64,000 nucleotides of DNA from Melioribacteraceae bacterium (GTDB lineage: Bacteria; Bacteroidota; Ignavibacteria; Ignavibacteriales; Melioribacteraceae): contig JBBFLD010000009.1 in the NCBI GenBank assembly GCA_037481715.1, positions 36,909-100,908 of the forward strand, given 5' to 3'. The position numbers and the translations under genes are program-made. This document shows positions 29,626 through 38,188 of this stretch, in pieces (position 1 is the first letter of the stretch; each line of letters begins with the position of its first letter). The notes under the pieces are model-generated. The model was not told the DNA's origin. It searched no databases and worked only from the letters and a program-made list of their open reading frames with translations.

Positions 29626-30033
29626 CTATTCACCACCACTGCCAGATACAGGCGTTATGGTAAAATCATTAGGCCCAACGACACATTGTAACTTGATTAT
29701 ATTTCCAGCATCATCTTTTTCTGTACCGGTAGCTATTATTGTTGCATTTTCGTCTGTAGTAGTAACAGCAATATCTTCACTCATATTAGCAGTTCTTTTT
29801 AAGCTTGCTGGGATAGTATTCTCCCAACCAGTAAATTTATTACCTCCACCTCCCAATGCAGTTGGTTTACGGTAATATTGTTGTGCCATTGCTGCTAAAT
29901 TTGTTAAATCTGCTGTTAGAGCATCTCTGTTTGCTTGATAGCTGCTTGCAGTAAATACATTAATACCTACTACTACAGCGATACCGACGATTATAACGCC
30001 GAGAACGATAAGTAATAATTGTTGTTGACCCAT
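29626..30033 (-). CDS. Pilin-like protein, non-canonical N-terminus (paralog 1)
   Basis: Starts MGQQQLLLIVLGVIIVGIAVVVGINVF. Continues with an amphipathic helix (DLTNLAAMAQQYY) and a Gly-rich/beta C-terminal half. Strong SD (AAGGAG). An in-frame stop lies 5 codons upstream of the ATG. Sits immediately upstream of pilC-pilB-pilT. Confidence 0.6.
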   Translation of the reverse strand: MGQQQLLLIVLGVIIVGIAVVVGINVFTASSYQANRDALTADLTNLAAMAQQYYRKPTALGGGGNKFTGWENTIPASLKRTANMSEDIAVTTTDENATIIATGTEKDDAGNIIKLQCVVGPNDFTITPVSGSGGE

Positions 30034-30187
30034 AGGTAACTCCTTTTAATTTGTGAGTAAATATGTTAATTAAAAAACAGTGAAACTGTATTTGTTAAAG
30101 CCATTTATCAATTTATATACCATCTAAAAATTTTTTTTAAAAGTAGTTTTATACTAATAAAACCTGCATTTAAATCATAAAAAGAAC

Positions 30188-30571
30188 TTAATTAATAATT
30201 TCTACTCTATAAATAGTTGGTTTAACAACTATTTTCACTCTTATTGAGTCATCATTTGTCACAATTTCATTACCAACTCCCATAATTATTAGGCTATCAT
30301 CACTCACATTTTCGCGTCTATAACTGCCTGTAGCTGTTACTTTTAATTCGGGCGGAACATCCCAACCAATAAATGACCTTCCGCCTCCGCCAAGTGATTT
30401 TGGGCTTAAATAATATTTTTGTGCCATCGCTGCTAAGTTTACAAGTTCATTTGTCACAATATTTCTTTTAGATTCAATTGCATTTGCCCTGAATAAATTA
30501 ATTCCCATAAATATTGCAATGCCCACAATAACAATTCCAAGTAATATTAATAATAATTGTTGCTGTCCCAC
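30188..30571 (-). CDS. Pilin-like protein, non-canonical N-terminus (paralog 2)
   Basis: GTG start. Starts MGQQQLLLILLGIVIVGIAIFMGINLF. Shares LVNLAAMAQKYY..P..LGGGG..F.GW with paralog 1. An in-frame stop lies 7 codons upstream. Confidence 0.6.
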   Translation of the reverse strand: MGQQQLLLILLGIVIVGIAIFMGINLFRANAIESKRNIVTNELVNLAAMAQKYYLSPKSLGGGGRSFIGWDVPPELKVTATGSYRRENVSDDSLIIMGVGNEIVTNDDSIRVKIVVKPTIYRVEIIN

Positions 30572-30704
30572 AATTTTACCAAATTTTGATTAAGTAAAAT
30601 TTTCCAGTTCAATTGCTTTAATATAGCTCTTTCAGAACTTACAAATATTGAACCAGTGGAATAAATTTACAAAACTGTTTTAATTTACACTGGAATATAA
30701 GAAA

Positions 30705-30733
30705 GGAATAAAAGAAAGCAAATGATATTTGCT
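30705..30733 (-). terminator. Weak putative terminator after the CheY-like gene
   Basis: 7-bp AT-rich stem AGCAAAU/AUUUGCU (30717-30733) followed by a U-rich tract on the minus strand. Confidence 0.3.
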
Positions 30734-30818
30734 AATTAATAAGTTAAAAAGTTCAGGTGTTGTAAAAATTACATGTAATTAAAGAAAGATTTTTTCCAAT
30801 TTTTGAAGTGAAATAAAA

Positions 30819-31196
30819 TCAAAAATCTCGTTCTAATTTTAGAGCACTTTCAATAATTTTTTGTAATTCTTCGGGCGTAAAAGGTTTTTGAAGTATTATA
30901 AAATCATTTTCCTGAATTTCTTTTAATGTAGCATCATCAGAAAATGCTGTAATAAAAATTGATGGGATAGAAAATTTGTTTTTTAATTCTCGTGCCGTTT
31001 CAAGTCCGTTCAGTTTGCCCTTTAGTTTTAAATCCATAAGTACTAAATCCGGTTTGGTTTCTTCAGCGAGTGCTAAAGCTTTTTCACCCGTAGATGCAGT
31101 TCCAACTACTTCATAATTTAATGATGTTAATCTGTATTGAATTTCTAATGCAACAATTGCTTCGTCTTCAACAATAAGAATTTTTGTTTTATGCAT
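30819..31196 (-). CDS. Single-domain response regulator (CheY-like receiver)
   Basis: 125 aa. Motifs EDE, LVLMDLKL and KP. No output domain. Separated by 3 nt from the upstream kinase gene. Confidence 0.85.
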   Translation of the reverse strand: MHKTKILIVEDEAIVALEIQYRLTSLNYEVVGTASTGEKALALAEETKPDLVLMDLKLKGKLNGLETARELKNKFSIPSIFITAFSDDATLKEIQENDFIILQKPFTPEELQKIIESALKLERDF

Positions 31197-31199
31197 TTT

Positions 31200-34100
31200 T
31201 TATTTTAAGTCCTCTATTACAATCTTAAATTCAGTTCCTTTTTCTGATTTAATTTCAATATTTCCATTAAGCTGATTTACAATTGAATTTATTAACTTCA
31301 TTCCCAAAGAATCTGATTTTTCGATTTCGAAATCTTTCGGCAAGCCAACTCCATTATCTCTTATAATCATTAAGTATTTATTAGAATCAATCTTGTTGAC
31401 TTTTATTTCTACTTTTAATTCATCATTATCTTTAACGAATGAATCGGGGAAAGCATATTTAAATGAATTTGTTACAACTTCGTTTACAATCAATCCGCAA
31501 GATAAAGCAGTATCAAGACTTAAGTTAATATCTTTTGCTTCTATGACTGTAATAATGTTTTTATCTTTTCTTACAAAAGATTTTTTTAATTCGTCAACAA
31601 GACTTTTTATATAATCTTCAAAACTAATCATCGATAAATTTTCTGAGCGGTATAATTTTTCATGAATTAAAGCCATACATTTAATTCTGTCGCGGCTCTC
31701 CTTGAAAGCATTTATTACATTTTCATCCTTCAAATTAATTGATTGAAGAAATAACAAGCTTGAAACCACCTGCAGATTATTTTTGACACGATGATGAATT
31801 TCTTTGAGTAATATTTCTTTTTCCTGAAGTGAAATTTTTAGTTTTTCTTCGGCTTTAATTCTTTCTTCGATTTCATTACTTAATTTTTTTATTGTCTCGT
31901 CAAGATCTTTTGTTCGTTCTAAAATTTTCTCTTCAAGAATTTTATTTTGTTTACGAACATTTCTTGTTCTAAAGTTTATATAAAGAGCTACCATCAAGAT
32001 TAAAGCAGCTGCAGACAAAAATTTAAATAATGCTGTTTGATAAAAAGCAGGTAAAATTATAATGTTTAATGTTGCCTGTCTTGCATCTCGAATGCCATCA
32101 ATATTATATGCTTTTACAATGAACTTGTATTCTCCCGGAGGTAAATTTGTGTATGTAGCAGAATTTCTGTTTCCAACATCGTTCCAGTTCATATCAAATC
32201 CTTCGAGCTTGTATGAATATCTGTTCTTTTTTACATTGTAAAAATCCAGAAGTGCAAATTCAATAGTAATAACATCATTGCCAGGAGGAATGGTTATACT
32301 TTTTGCTTCAGTTATTGATTCTTTAAGAATTGAATTGTTTTTTCCAATCGGAACAGATTCATTATATATTTTCAAATCAGTAAAAACTATTGGTGCATTA
32401 AGATATTGTTCTTTAATACTGTCAGGATTGAAATATAATAAGCCACCTCCGCAAGAAAAATAAAGATATCCATTTTTAGATTTAGCAGTTAAATTTTGAG
32501 AAAACTCTTGAGCTGGTAATCCATTTCTTTTTGTGTAGTTATAAAAAGTATTAGTTTTTCTATCAAATTTTGCTAAACCTTTATCGGAAGTAATCCAAAT
32601 GTTTCCATTGTTGTCTTCGATTATTCCATTTATAATATTTCCCGGTAATCCATCTTTAGTTTTATAAATTTTTGTTTTGTTGGTTTTATAGTCGTAATAG
32701 CTTAATCCATCGCTCGTTCCGAACCAGATAATTCCATCGCTGGATTCAAAGATTGCAAATACTCTATTCTCACTAATTCTTAATGATGCTAAAGATGATT
32801 TTGTAAAGTTTATAAATTTATTTGTCTTGGGATTGAGCATGCCGGCACCACCTCCATCAGTTCCAACCCATATCATTCCTCGTGAATCTTCAAAAACAAC
32901 CCACACTAAATCGTAAGGTAAACTATTTGGATTATTATTATCATGAAGATATCTGTAAAATTTTTCTGTTTTCTTATTATACTTATTTAATCCCCACCAT
33001 GTAGAAAACCATAAATTGCCATGTCTATCTTCGCAAATAGAAGTAATTCCGTTATTACTTATTGATGTATTGTCGTTAATATCATAAGTGAATAATTTGA
33101 ATTTTTTAGTTTTGGGGTCGTATCTATTTAATCCACTATGATTTGTGCCAATCCAGATATATCCGTCACTATCTTCATAAACAGACATTATAAAATTATC
33201 ACTAATACTATTAGAATTGTTTGGGTTATTTTGGAAATGAGTTATGCCCGATTTTTCTAATTTGTATAAACCATCAAGAGAACCAAGCCAGATATCATTA
33301 TTTTTGTTTATAAAAATAGATGTTAATCTATTGCTGATGTTATTGCTTATAAAATGAAAATTATTTTTTGGAAAAAAGGTTTTGCTTACACCTCCTCCAG
33401 TTCCTATCCATATAATTCCTGTATTATCTTGAGTTAAAGAAAGTATGTTATTGTCAATTATTGAATAAGTTTTATTGGGGTCATGTAAAATTCTAACAAA
33501 GTTGTCGCTTAGAGGTAAATATTTATTTAATCCATTCTTCGTACCTATCCATATATTATTTTCTCTGTCTTTGAAAATTGTATTTACATGGTCATCAGTA
33601 AGTGTTGATGAATTATTTTTAATGGACTTATAAAATTTTATTTTTTCATTCAGTAAATTATATTTTGCAATACCTTTGTTGGATAAGCCAATCCATAGGT
33701 TGTTTGAATTATCAATGAGTAATGAAGAAACTATTCTGTAATCAAAATATTTGTAATCCGGTGGTTGAGCAAATATTTGTTTGATTACTTTTCCATCCTT
33801 TGTCATGCAGGTTAATCCATTCCATGTTCCAAGCCATAAATTACCTTTACTATCTTCCTCAATACAAACAACACTGTTTAATGAATCGGGGTTAAGTCTG
33901 TCACTTACTTTTTTGATAACAGTAAAATTATCTTTTTCTTTATTGTATTTATTTAATCCATTAAGTGTCCCAACCCATAATGTGCCTTCTCTATCGATAA
34001 AGAGTGTGATTACATTATTATTGCTTATACTGTTTGGATCATCAGGATTATTTTTGTATACAATAAATTCTTCGGTTTTTCTTTTATATTTGTTCAAACC

Positions 34101-34418
34101 GTCAATTGTAGCAACCCATAGATTTCCATCTTTGTCCTCAACAATAGAAGAAATTGAGTGGTTGGAAATACTTGTTGGATTTTCTTGTTCTGGCAAGAAT
34201 ATTTTAGAATTATATCCATCGTATCGGTTTAATCCATTATAAGTTCCAAACCATAAAAAACCTCTGCTGTCCTGAAAAATTTTTGTAACCCCATTTGTTG
34301 ATATACCATCTTCAACAGTAATATGTGAAAAATAAAATACAGGGTTTTGAGATAACAATTGAATATTTGTTATAAATATTAGAATTATGAATAAAAGTGT
34401 ATTTTTTTTGTTTGTCAT
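31200..34418 (-). CDS. Sensor histidine kinase with periplasmic two-component-regulator propeller repeats / Y_Y_Y domain and a HisKA_2-type kinase core
   Basis: About 14 repeats of the pattern G.LW.GT..GL..Y. A Y_Y_Y-like Ig domain (YSYKLEGFDMNWNDVG...YKFIVKAYN). One TM helix and a coiled coil. H-box HHRVKNNLQVV and a C-terminal HATPase (DNGVGLP). Confidence 0.85.
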   Translation of the reverse strand: MTNKKNTLLFIILIFITNIQLLSQNPVFYFSHITVEDGISTNGVTKIFQDSRGFLWFGTYNGLNRYDGYNSKIFLPEQENPTSISNHSISSIVEDKDGNLWVATIDGLNKYKRKTEEFIVYKNNPDDPNSISNNNVITLFIDREGTLWVGTLNGLNKYNKEKDNFTVIKKVSDRLNPDSLNSVVCIEEDSKGNLWLGTWNGLTCMTKDGKVIKQIFAQPPDYKYFDYRIVSSLLIDNSNNLWIGLSNKGIAKYNLLNEKIKFYKSIKNNSSTLTDDHVNTIFKDRENNIWIGTKNGLNKYLPLSDNFVRILHDPNKTYSIIDNNILSLTQDNTGIIWIGTGGGVSKTFFPKNNFHFISNNISNRLTSIFINKNNDIWLGSLDGLYKLEKSGITHFQNNPNNSNSISDNFIMSVYEDSDGYIWIGTNHSGLNRYDPKTKKFKLFTYDINDNTSISNNGITSICEDRHGNLWFSTWWGLNKYNKKTEKFYRYLHDNNNPNSLPYDLVWVVFEDSRGMIWVGTDGGGAGMLNPKTNKFINFTKSSLASLRISENRVFAIFESSDGIIWFGTSDGLSYYDYKTNKTKIYKTKDGLPGNIINGIIEDNNGNIWITSDKGLAKFDRKTNTFYNYTKRNGLPAQEFSQNLTAKSKNGYLYFSCGGGLLYFNPDSIKEQYLNAPIVFTDLKIYNESVPIGKNNSILKESITEAKSITIPPGNDVITIEFALLDFYNVKKNRYSYKLEGFDMNWNDVGNRNSATYTNLPPGEYKFIVKAYNIDGIRDARQATLNIIILPAFYQTALFKFLSAAALILMVALYINFRTRNVRKQNKILEEKILERTKDLDETIKKLSNEIEERIKAEEKLKISLQEKEILLKEIHHRVKNNLQVVSSLLFLQSINLKDENVINAFKESRDRIKCMALIHEKLYRSENLSMISFEDYIKSLVDELKKSFVRKDKNIITVIEAKDINLSLDTALSCGLIVNEVVTNSFKYAFPDSFVKDNDELKVEIKVNKIDSNKYLMIIRDNGVGLPKDFEIEKSDSLGMKLINSIVNQLNGNIEIKSEKGTEFKIVIEDLK

Positions 34419-34568
34419 ATAGTAATTAAAAATTTCTTATATAAAATAAGGATTTTTAATAAATAACTTAAAAAGCATCTAAAGAATTATTTCACATTGT
34501 TATTTATACAGAGCGAAAATTTTTGAGGGCTACACGTTGATAGAAGTGATTATTTGAGAGAAAATTAA

Positions 34569-34606
34569 TTTGCATAATTATGCATAATTGTGTATAATTA
34601 TAACCA
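34569..34606 (+). promoter_or_regulatory. Putative tandem ARG boxes (ArgR operator)
   Basis: Box 1 is TTTGCATAATTATGCATA, which contains the perfect 14-bp palindrome TGCATAATTATGCA (34571-34584). It matches the TnTGAAT-W4-ATTCAnW ARG-box pattern apart from a symmetric A-to-C/T-to-G change. Box 2 is TGTGTATAATTATAACCA, 2 bp downstream. argR is encoded in the operon. Confidence 0.5.
34570..34598 (+). promoter_or_regulatory. Putative sigma-70-type promoter of the arg operon
   Basis: TTGCAT (34570-34575), a 17-nt spacer, then TATAAT (34593-34598). Lies about 30 nt upstream of the argC ATG and is fully overlapped by the ARG-box-like sequences. Confidence 0.45.
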
Positions 34607-34626
34607 TAAATTTATAGACTTTGTTA

Positions 34627-35670
34627 ATGATAAAGATAGGGATAGTTGGTGCCGCAGGATATTCAGGAGTTGAGTTAATTAAACTGCTTTTGAATCATCC
34701 AGATGCGGAAATAAAAAAATTGTTCGGTCAATCTACCGCAGGTTTGCGAATTGATGAAGTACATACTTCCTTGAGAAATTTGATTTCTCTACAGATAGAA
34801 AATTTTTCTGAAGAATCTCTCAATGAACTCGACTTAATTTTTGTTGCGCTTCCTTCTGGACAGGCTTTTGAATTTGTTCAAGCCGCATACAATAAAAATG
34901 TGAAAGTAATTGATATTGGTGGAGATTTCAGATTAAAAAATATTGATGATTATAAAAAATATTATAAACATGAACATAAGGCACAGGAACTTCTTCAAAA
35001 AGCTGTTTATGGATTAAGTGAGTGGAATGAATTAGCAATATCAAATGCGGAAATTGTTTCTAATCCCGGATGTTATCCAACAAGTATTTTACTTGCTCTT
35101 CTTCCATTGCTTAAAAATGATTTAATAGATGATTCTTTTGTTAGCATAGTATCTTACAGTGGAACATCTGGTGCTGGTAAATCTGCAGTTCAAAACATGA
35201 TATTTAGTGAAGTGAATGAAAATGTAAGAGCATACAAAGTTGGTAATCATCAGCATATTCCTGAAATAAAATATTATCTTGAATCTTTTGGTAATAAATC
35301 AATCAATTTTTCTTTTGTGCCTCATCTGCTTCCGGCAACAAGAGGAATTTATACTACAATTAATGCTCAATTGAAAGAAGATGTTGATGATAAAATTATT
35401 AAAGAAGTTTATGCTTCATCATATTCTTCAAAACCATTTATTAGATTTATTGGAAATTCAATTCCAGAGATGAAAGATGTTGCCAATACAAATTTTTGTG
35501 ATATTGGTTTTGTAATTAATGATAATTCGATAACAATTTTTTCAACAATTGATAATTTAATAAAAGGTGCCGCAGGTCAGGCAGTTCAGAATATGAATAT
35601 TTTATTTGGTCTACCACAAGAAACAGGATTATTAAAATGGAACAAGAATTGGAAATTGCAGTTGAGATGA
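34627..35670 (+). CDS. argC: N-acetyl-gamma-glutamyl-phosphate reductase
   Basis: MIKIGIVGAAGYSG Rossmann N-terminus and active-site SNPGCYPTS. The ORF track starts at TTG 34621. ATG 34627 is preferred. Confidence 0.9.
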   Translation: MIKIGIVGAAGYSGVELIKLLLNHPDAEIKKLFGQSTAGLRIDEVHTSLRNLISLQIENFSEESLNELDLIFVALPSGQAFEFVQAAYNKNVKVIDIGGDFRLKNIDDYKKYYKHEHKAQELLQKAVYGLSEWNELAISNAEIVSNPGCYPTSILLALLPLLKNDLIDDSFVSIVSYSGTSGAGKSAVQNMIFSEVNENVRAYKVGNHQHIPEIKYYLESFGNKSINFSFVPHLLPATRGIYTTINAQLKEDVDDKIIKEVYASSYSSKPFIRFIGNSIPEMKDVANTNFCDIGFVINDNSITIFSTIDNLIKGAAGQAVQNMNILFGLPQETGLLKWNKNWKLQLR

Positions 35671-36860
35671 AAACCGGAGTTACAGCACCAAAAGGATTTA
35701 AAGCAGCAGGAATTCATTGTGGAGTTAAAAGATTCAAAAAAGATTTAGCTCTTATTGTATCAGATGTTCCTGCAGTTGCAGCTGGTGTTTTTACTCAGAA
35801 TAAGGTACAGGCAGCCCCAGTTTTGCTTTCTAAAAAATATCTTTATGAAAATGAAAAATTCCGTGCAATAATTATAAACAGCGGCAATGCAAATGCTTGC
35901 ACAGGAGAAAGAGGTTATAACGATGCAGTTGCAATGGCTGAGATTACAGCAAGAGAATTAAATATTCGTCCCGAAGAAGTTTTTGTTTCTTCAACTGGAG
36001 TTATTGGAGAACCTCTTCCTATGGAAAAAATTTCTTCTGGAATTAAAAAAATTGTTCATCACTTGAGCGATGATGATAACAATTCAGCTGCAGAGGCTAT
36101 ATTAACGACAGACACTTTTATTAAAACCGCTTCAAGGAGTTTTGACATTAGCGGTAATACCGTAACAATAGGCGGCATAGCGAAAGGTTCTGGGATGATT
36201 CATCCAAATATGGCAACAATGCTTGCATTTATTACTACAGATGCAGCAATTGAAAAGAATGTATTTCAAGCTATGTTGAAAGATATTACTGATAAAACTT
36301 TCAATAGAATTGTAGTTGATGGAGATACAAGTACAAATGATATGGTAATTGCTCTTGCAAATGGTTTGTCGGGAATAAATCCAATTATTGCAGATACTGA
36401 AGCTTATAAAATTTTTTATGATAATCTTTACGAAGTATTAAAAAAATTATCAATCGATATTGTAAAAGATGGCGAAGGTGCAACCAAGTTAGTTGAGATT
36501 AATGTAGTAGGTGCGAAGAACGACGAAGAAGCTCTTAAAGCTGCAAAGACAGTCGCTCTTTCACCTCTTGTTAAAACTGCAATTCATGGTGAAGATGCTA
36601 ATTGGGGAAGAATTATAGCTGCAGTTGGTTATTCGGGAATTGATTTTGACCCCGCAAAATTCGAAATAATAATTAATGATGTTCCAATTCTGTTACAAAA
36701 TTATAATGTTACTCTTCCTGCAAAAGAAGCAAATAAAACTCTAAAGCCAAAAGAAATAAATTTATTACTAAGATTAAATATTGGTAATGGAAAAGCAACT
36801 TGCTGGACATGCGATTTTTCTGAAGAGTATGTGAAAATTAATGGGAGTTACAGAACTTGA
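35667..36860 (+). CDS. argJ: Bifunctional ornithine acetyltransferase / N-acetylglutamate synthase
   Basis: VTAPKGFKAAG N-terminus and the autoproteolytic site ATMLAFITTDA. ATG 35667 forms an ATGA overlap with the argC stop. The alternative upstream ATG is at 35637. Confidence 0.9.
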   Translation: MKTGVTAPKGFKAAGIHCGVKRFKKDLALIVSDVPAVAAGVFTQNKVQAAPVLLSKKYLYENEKFRAIIINSGNANACTGERGYNDAVAMAEITARELNIRPEEVFVSSTGVIGEPLPMEKISSGIKKIVHHLSDDDNNSAAEAILTTDTFIKTASRSFDISGNTVTIGGIAKGSGMIHPNMATMLAFITTDAAIEKNVFQAMLKDITDKTFNRIVVDGDTSTNDMVIALANGLSGINPIIADTEAYKIFYDNLYEVLKKLSIDIVKDGEGATKLVEINVVGAKNDEEALKAAKTVALSPLVKTAIHGEDANWGRIIAAVGYSGIDFDPAKFEIIINDVPILLQNYNVTLPAKEANKTLKPKEINLLLRLNIGNGKATCWTCDFSEEYVKINGSYRT

Positions 36861-37705
36861 CACAACCTAATTACAGAAAAGAAGATGTTCTTGTAGAAGC
36901 TCTGCCTTATATTCAGCAATTTGAAAATGCTGTTTTTGTAATTAAGTATGGCGGTGCAGTAATGCACGATGAATCACTAAAGCAAATGGTTGCTCAGGAT
37001 GTTACACTTTTAAGAAAAATTGGTATTAATATAGTTGTTGTTCATGGCGGTGGTAAAGAAATTACATCACTTTCTGAAAAGTTAAATTTGAAAACTACAT
37101 TTGTGAATGGTCAACGTTATACTGATGAACAAACCCGTGATGTTGTTCAAATGGTTCTTGCAGGATTGATTAATAAAGATATCGTAAGAAGAATTAATAT
37201 TTACGGCGGCAGAGCTGTTGGTATAAGTGGAATTGATGCAAGTCTTGTTAATGTAAAAAAATACAGTAAAGAAGATTTAGGTTTGGTTGGTGAAATTACA
37301 AATGTCAATGAAGCATTTATTAGAAGTTTGCTCAAAGACGGCTATCTTCCTGTAATTGCTCCAATAGGCGTTGACGAAGAAGGAACAATTTATAATGTAA
37401 ATGCTGATATTGCAGCAGGCAATATTGCCGGTGCATTAAATGCAACAAAACTTGTTTATATGACAGACATCGAAGGAGTAAAAGCAGGTGATACATTAAT
37501 TTCACATCTTACAAAGAGTGATGCAGAAAAATTTATTCAAGATGGAACAATCAGCGGTGGTATGATTCCCAAAGTAAATTCTGCTTTATCTGCTCTTGAT
37601 GCCGGTGTTCAAAAAGTTCATATAATTGATGGAAGAATTCAACATGCACTATTGCTTGAAATATTTACTAAAGAGGGTGTTGGAACCGAAATAGTATCAG
37701 ATTAA
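36857..37705 (+). CDS. argB: Acetylglutamate kinase
   Basis: Motifs LPYIQQF, VIKYGGA and VHGGG. TTG start overlapping the argJ stop (TTGA). Confidence 0.9.
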   Translation: MTQPNYRKEDVLVEALPYIQQFENAVFVIKYGGAVMHDESLKQMVAQDVTLLRKIGINIVVVHGGGKEITSLSEKLNLKTTFVNGQRYTDEQTRDVVQMVLAGLINKDIVRRINIYGGRAVGISGIDASLVNVKKYSKEDLGLVGEITNVNEAFIRSLLKDGYLPVIAPIGVDEEGTIYNVNADIAAGNIAGALNATKLVYMTDIEGVKAGDTLISHLTKSDAEKFIQDGTISGGMIPKVNSALSALDAGVQKVHIIDGRIQHALLLEIFTKEGVGTEIVSD

Positions 37706-37725
37706 AACCAAATAAAAGGTGAATT

Positions 37726-38187
37726 ATGAGCAGAAAGCTTGAAGATATTCAAAAACGCCATGCATTGATTAAATCCTTGATTTCTTCACAGAATATTTAT
37801 AATCAAACTCAGCTTGTAAAAATTTTGAAACAGAAAGGAATCAAAGTTACACAAGCAACATTATCGCGGGATTTAACTGATCTTGGTGTTGTAAGAGTTC
37901 CTACTTCAGAAGGTCTTGTTTATAAACTTGGCACTGAAGGCGGTGATGGAGCTCTTAAATCCAGAATAGCAGAAGAAATAATTTCAATTGAATCTAATGA
38001 ATGCATTGTTCTTATAAAGACATTTTTAGGAAGGGCTCAGGGTGTTGCAGTATATATTGATAAACAAAATGAACCAGAAATTCTTGGCACAATTGCAGGT
38101 GATGATACTATCATAGTTGTTCCTAAAACAATTAAAAACATTAAAAAAGTAATTGAACAATTAAAAATAATATTAGGGATTAAGTAA
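37726..38187 (+). CDS. argR: Arginine repressor
   Basis: 153 aa. N-terminal winged helix (TQATLSRDL) and a C-terminal oligomerisation/Arg-binding motif (GTIAGDDTI). Confidence 0.85.
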   Translation: MSRKLEDIQKRHALIKSLISSQNIYNQTQLVKILKQKGIKVTQATLSRDLTDLGVVRVPTSEGLVYKLGTEGGDGALKSRIAEEIISIESNECIVLIKTFLGRAQGVAVYIDKQNEPEILGTIAGDDTIIVVPKTIKNIKKVIEQLKIILGIK

Positions 38188-38188
38188 T

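Noticed and set aside
30767-30780. 14-bp palindrome AATTACATGTAATT downstream of the CheY-like gene
   Set aside because: As RNA it would form only a short AU-rich hairpin with no U-tract. As DNA it has no partner site. It is likely a chance occurrence.
35637-35666. Upstream ATG (35637) as the argJ start, giving a 34-nt overlap with argC
   Set aside because: ATG 35667 gives the conserved MKTGVTAPKGF N-terminus and a canonical ATGA stop/start overlap. The extra 10 residues (MEQELEIAVE) have no counterpart in ArgJ proteins I know.
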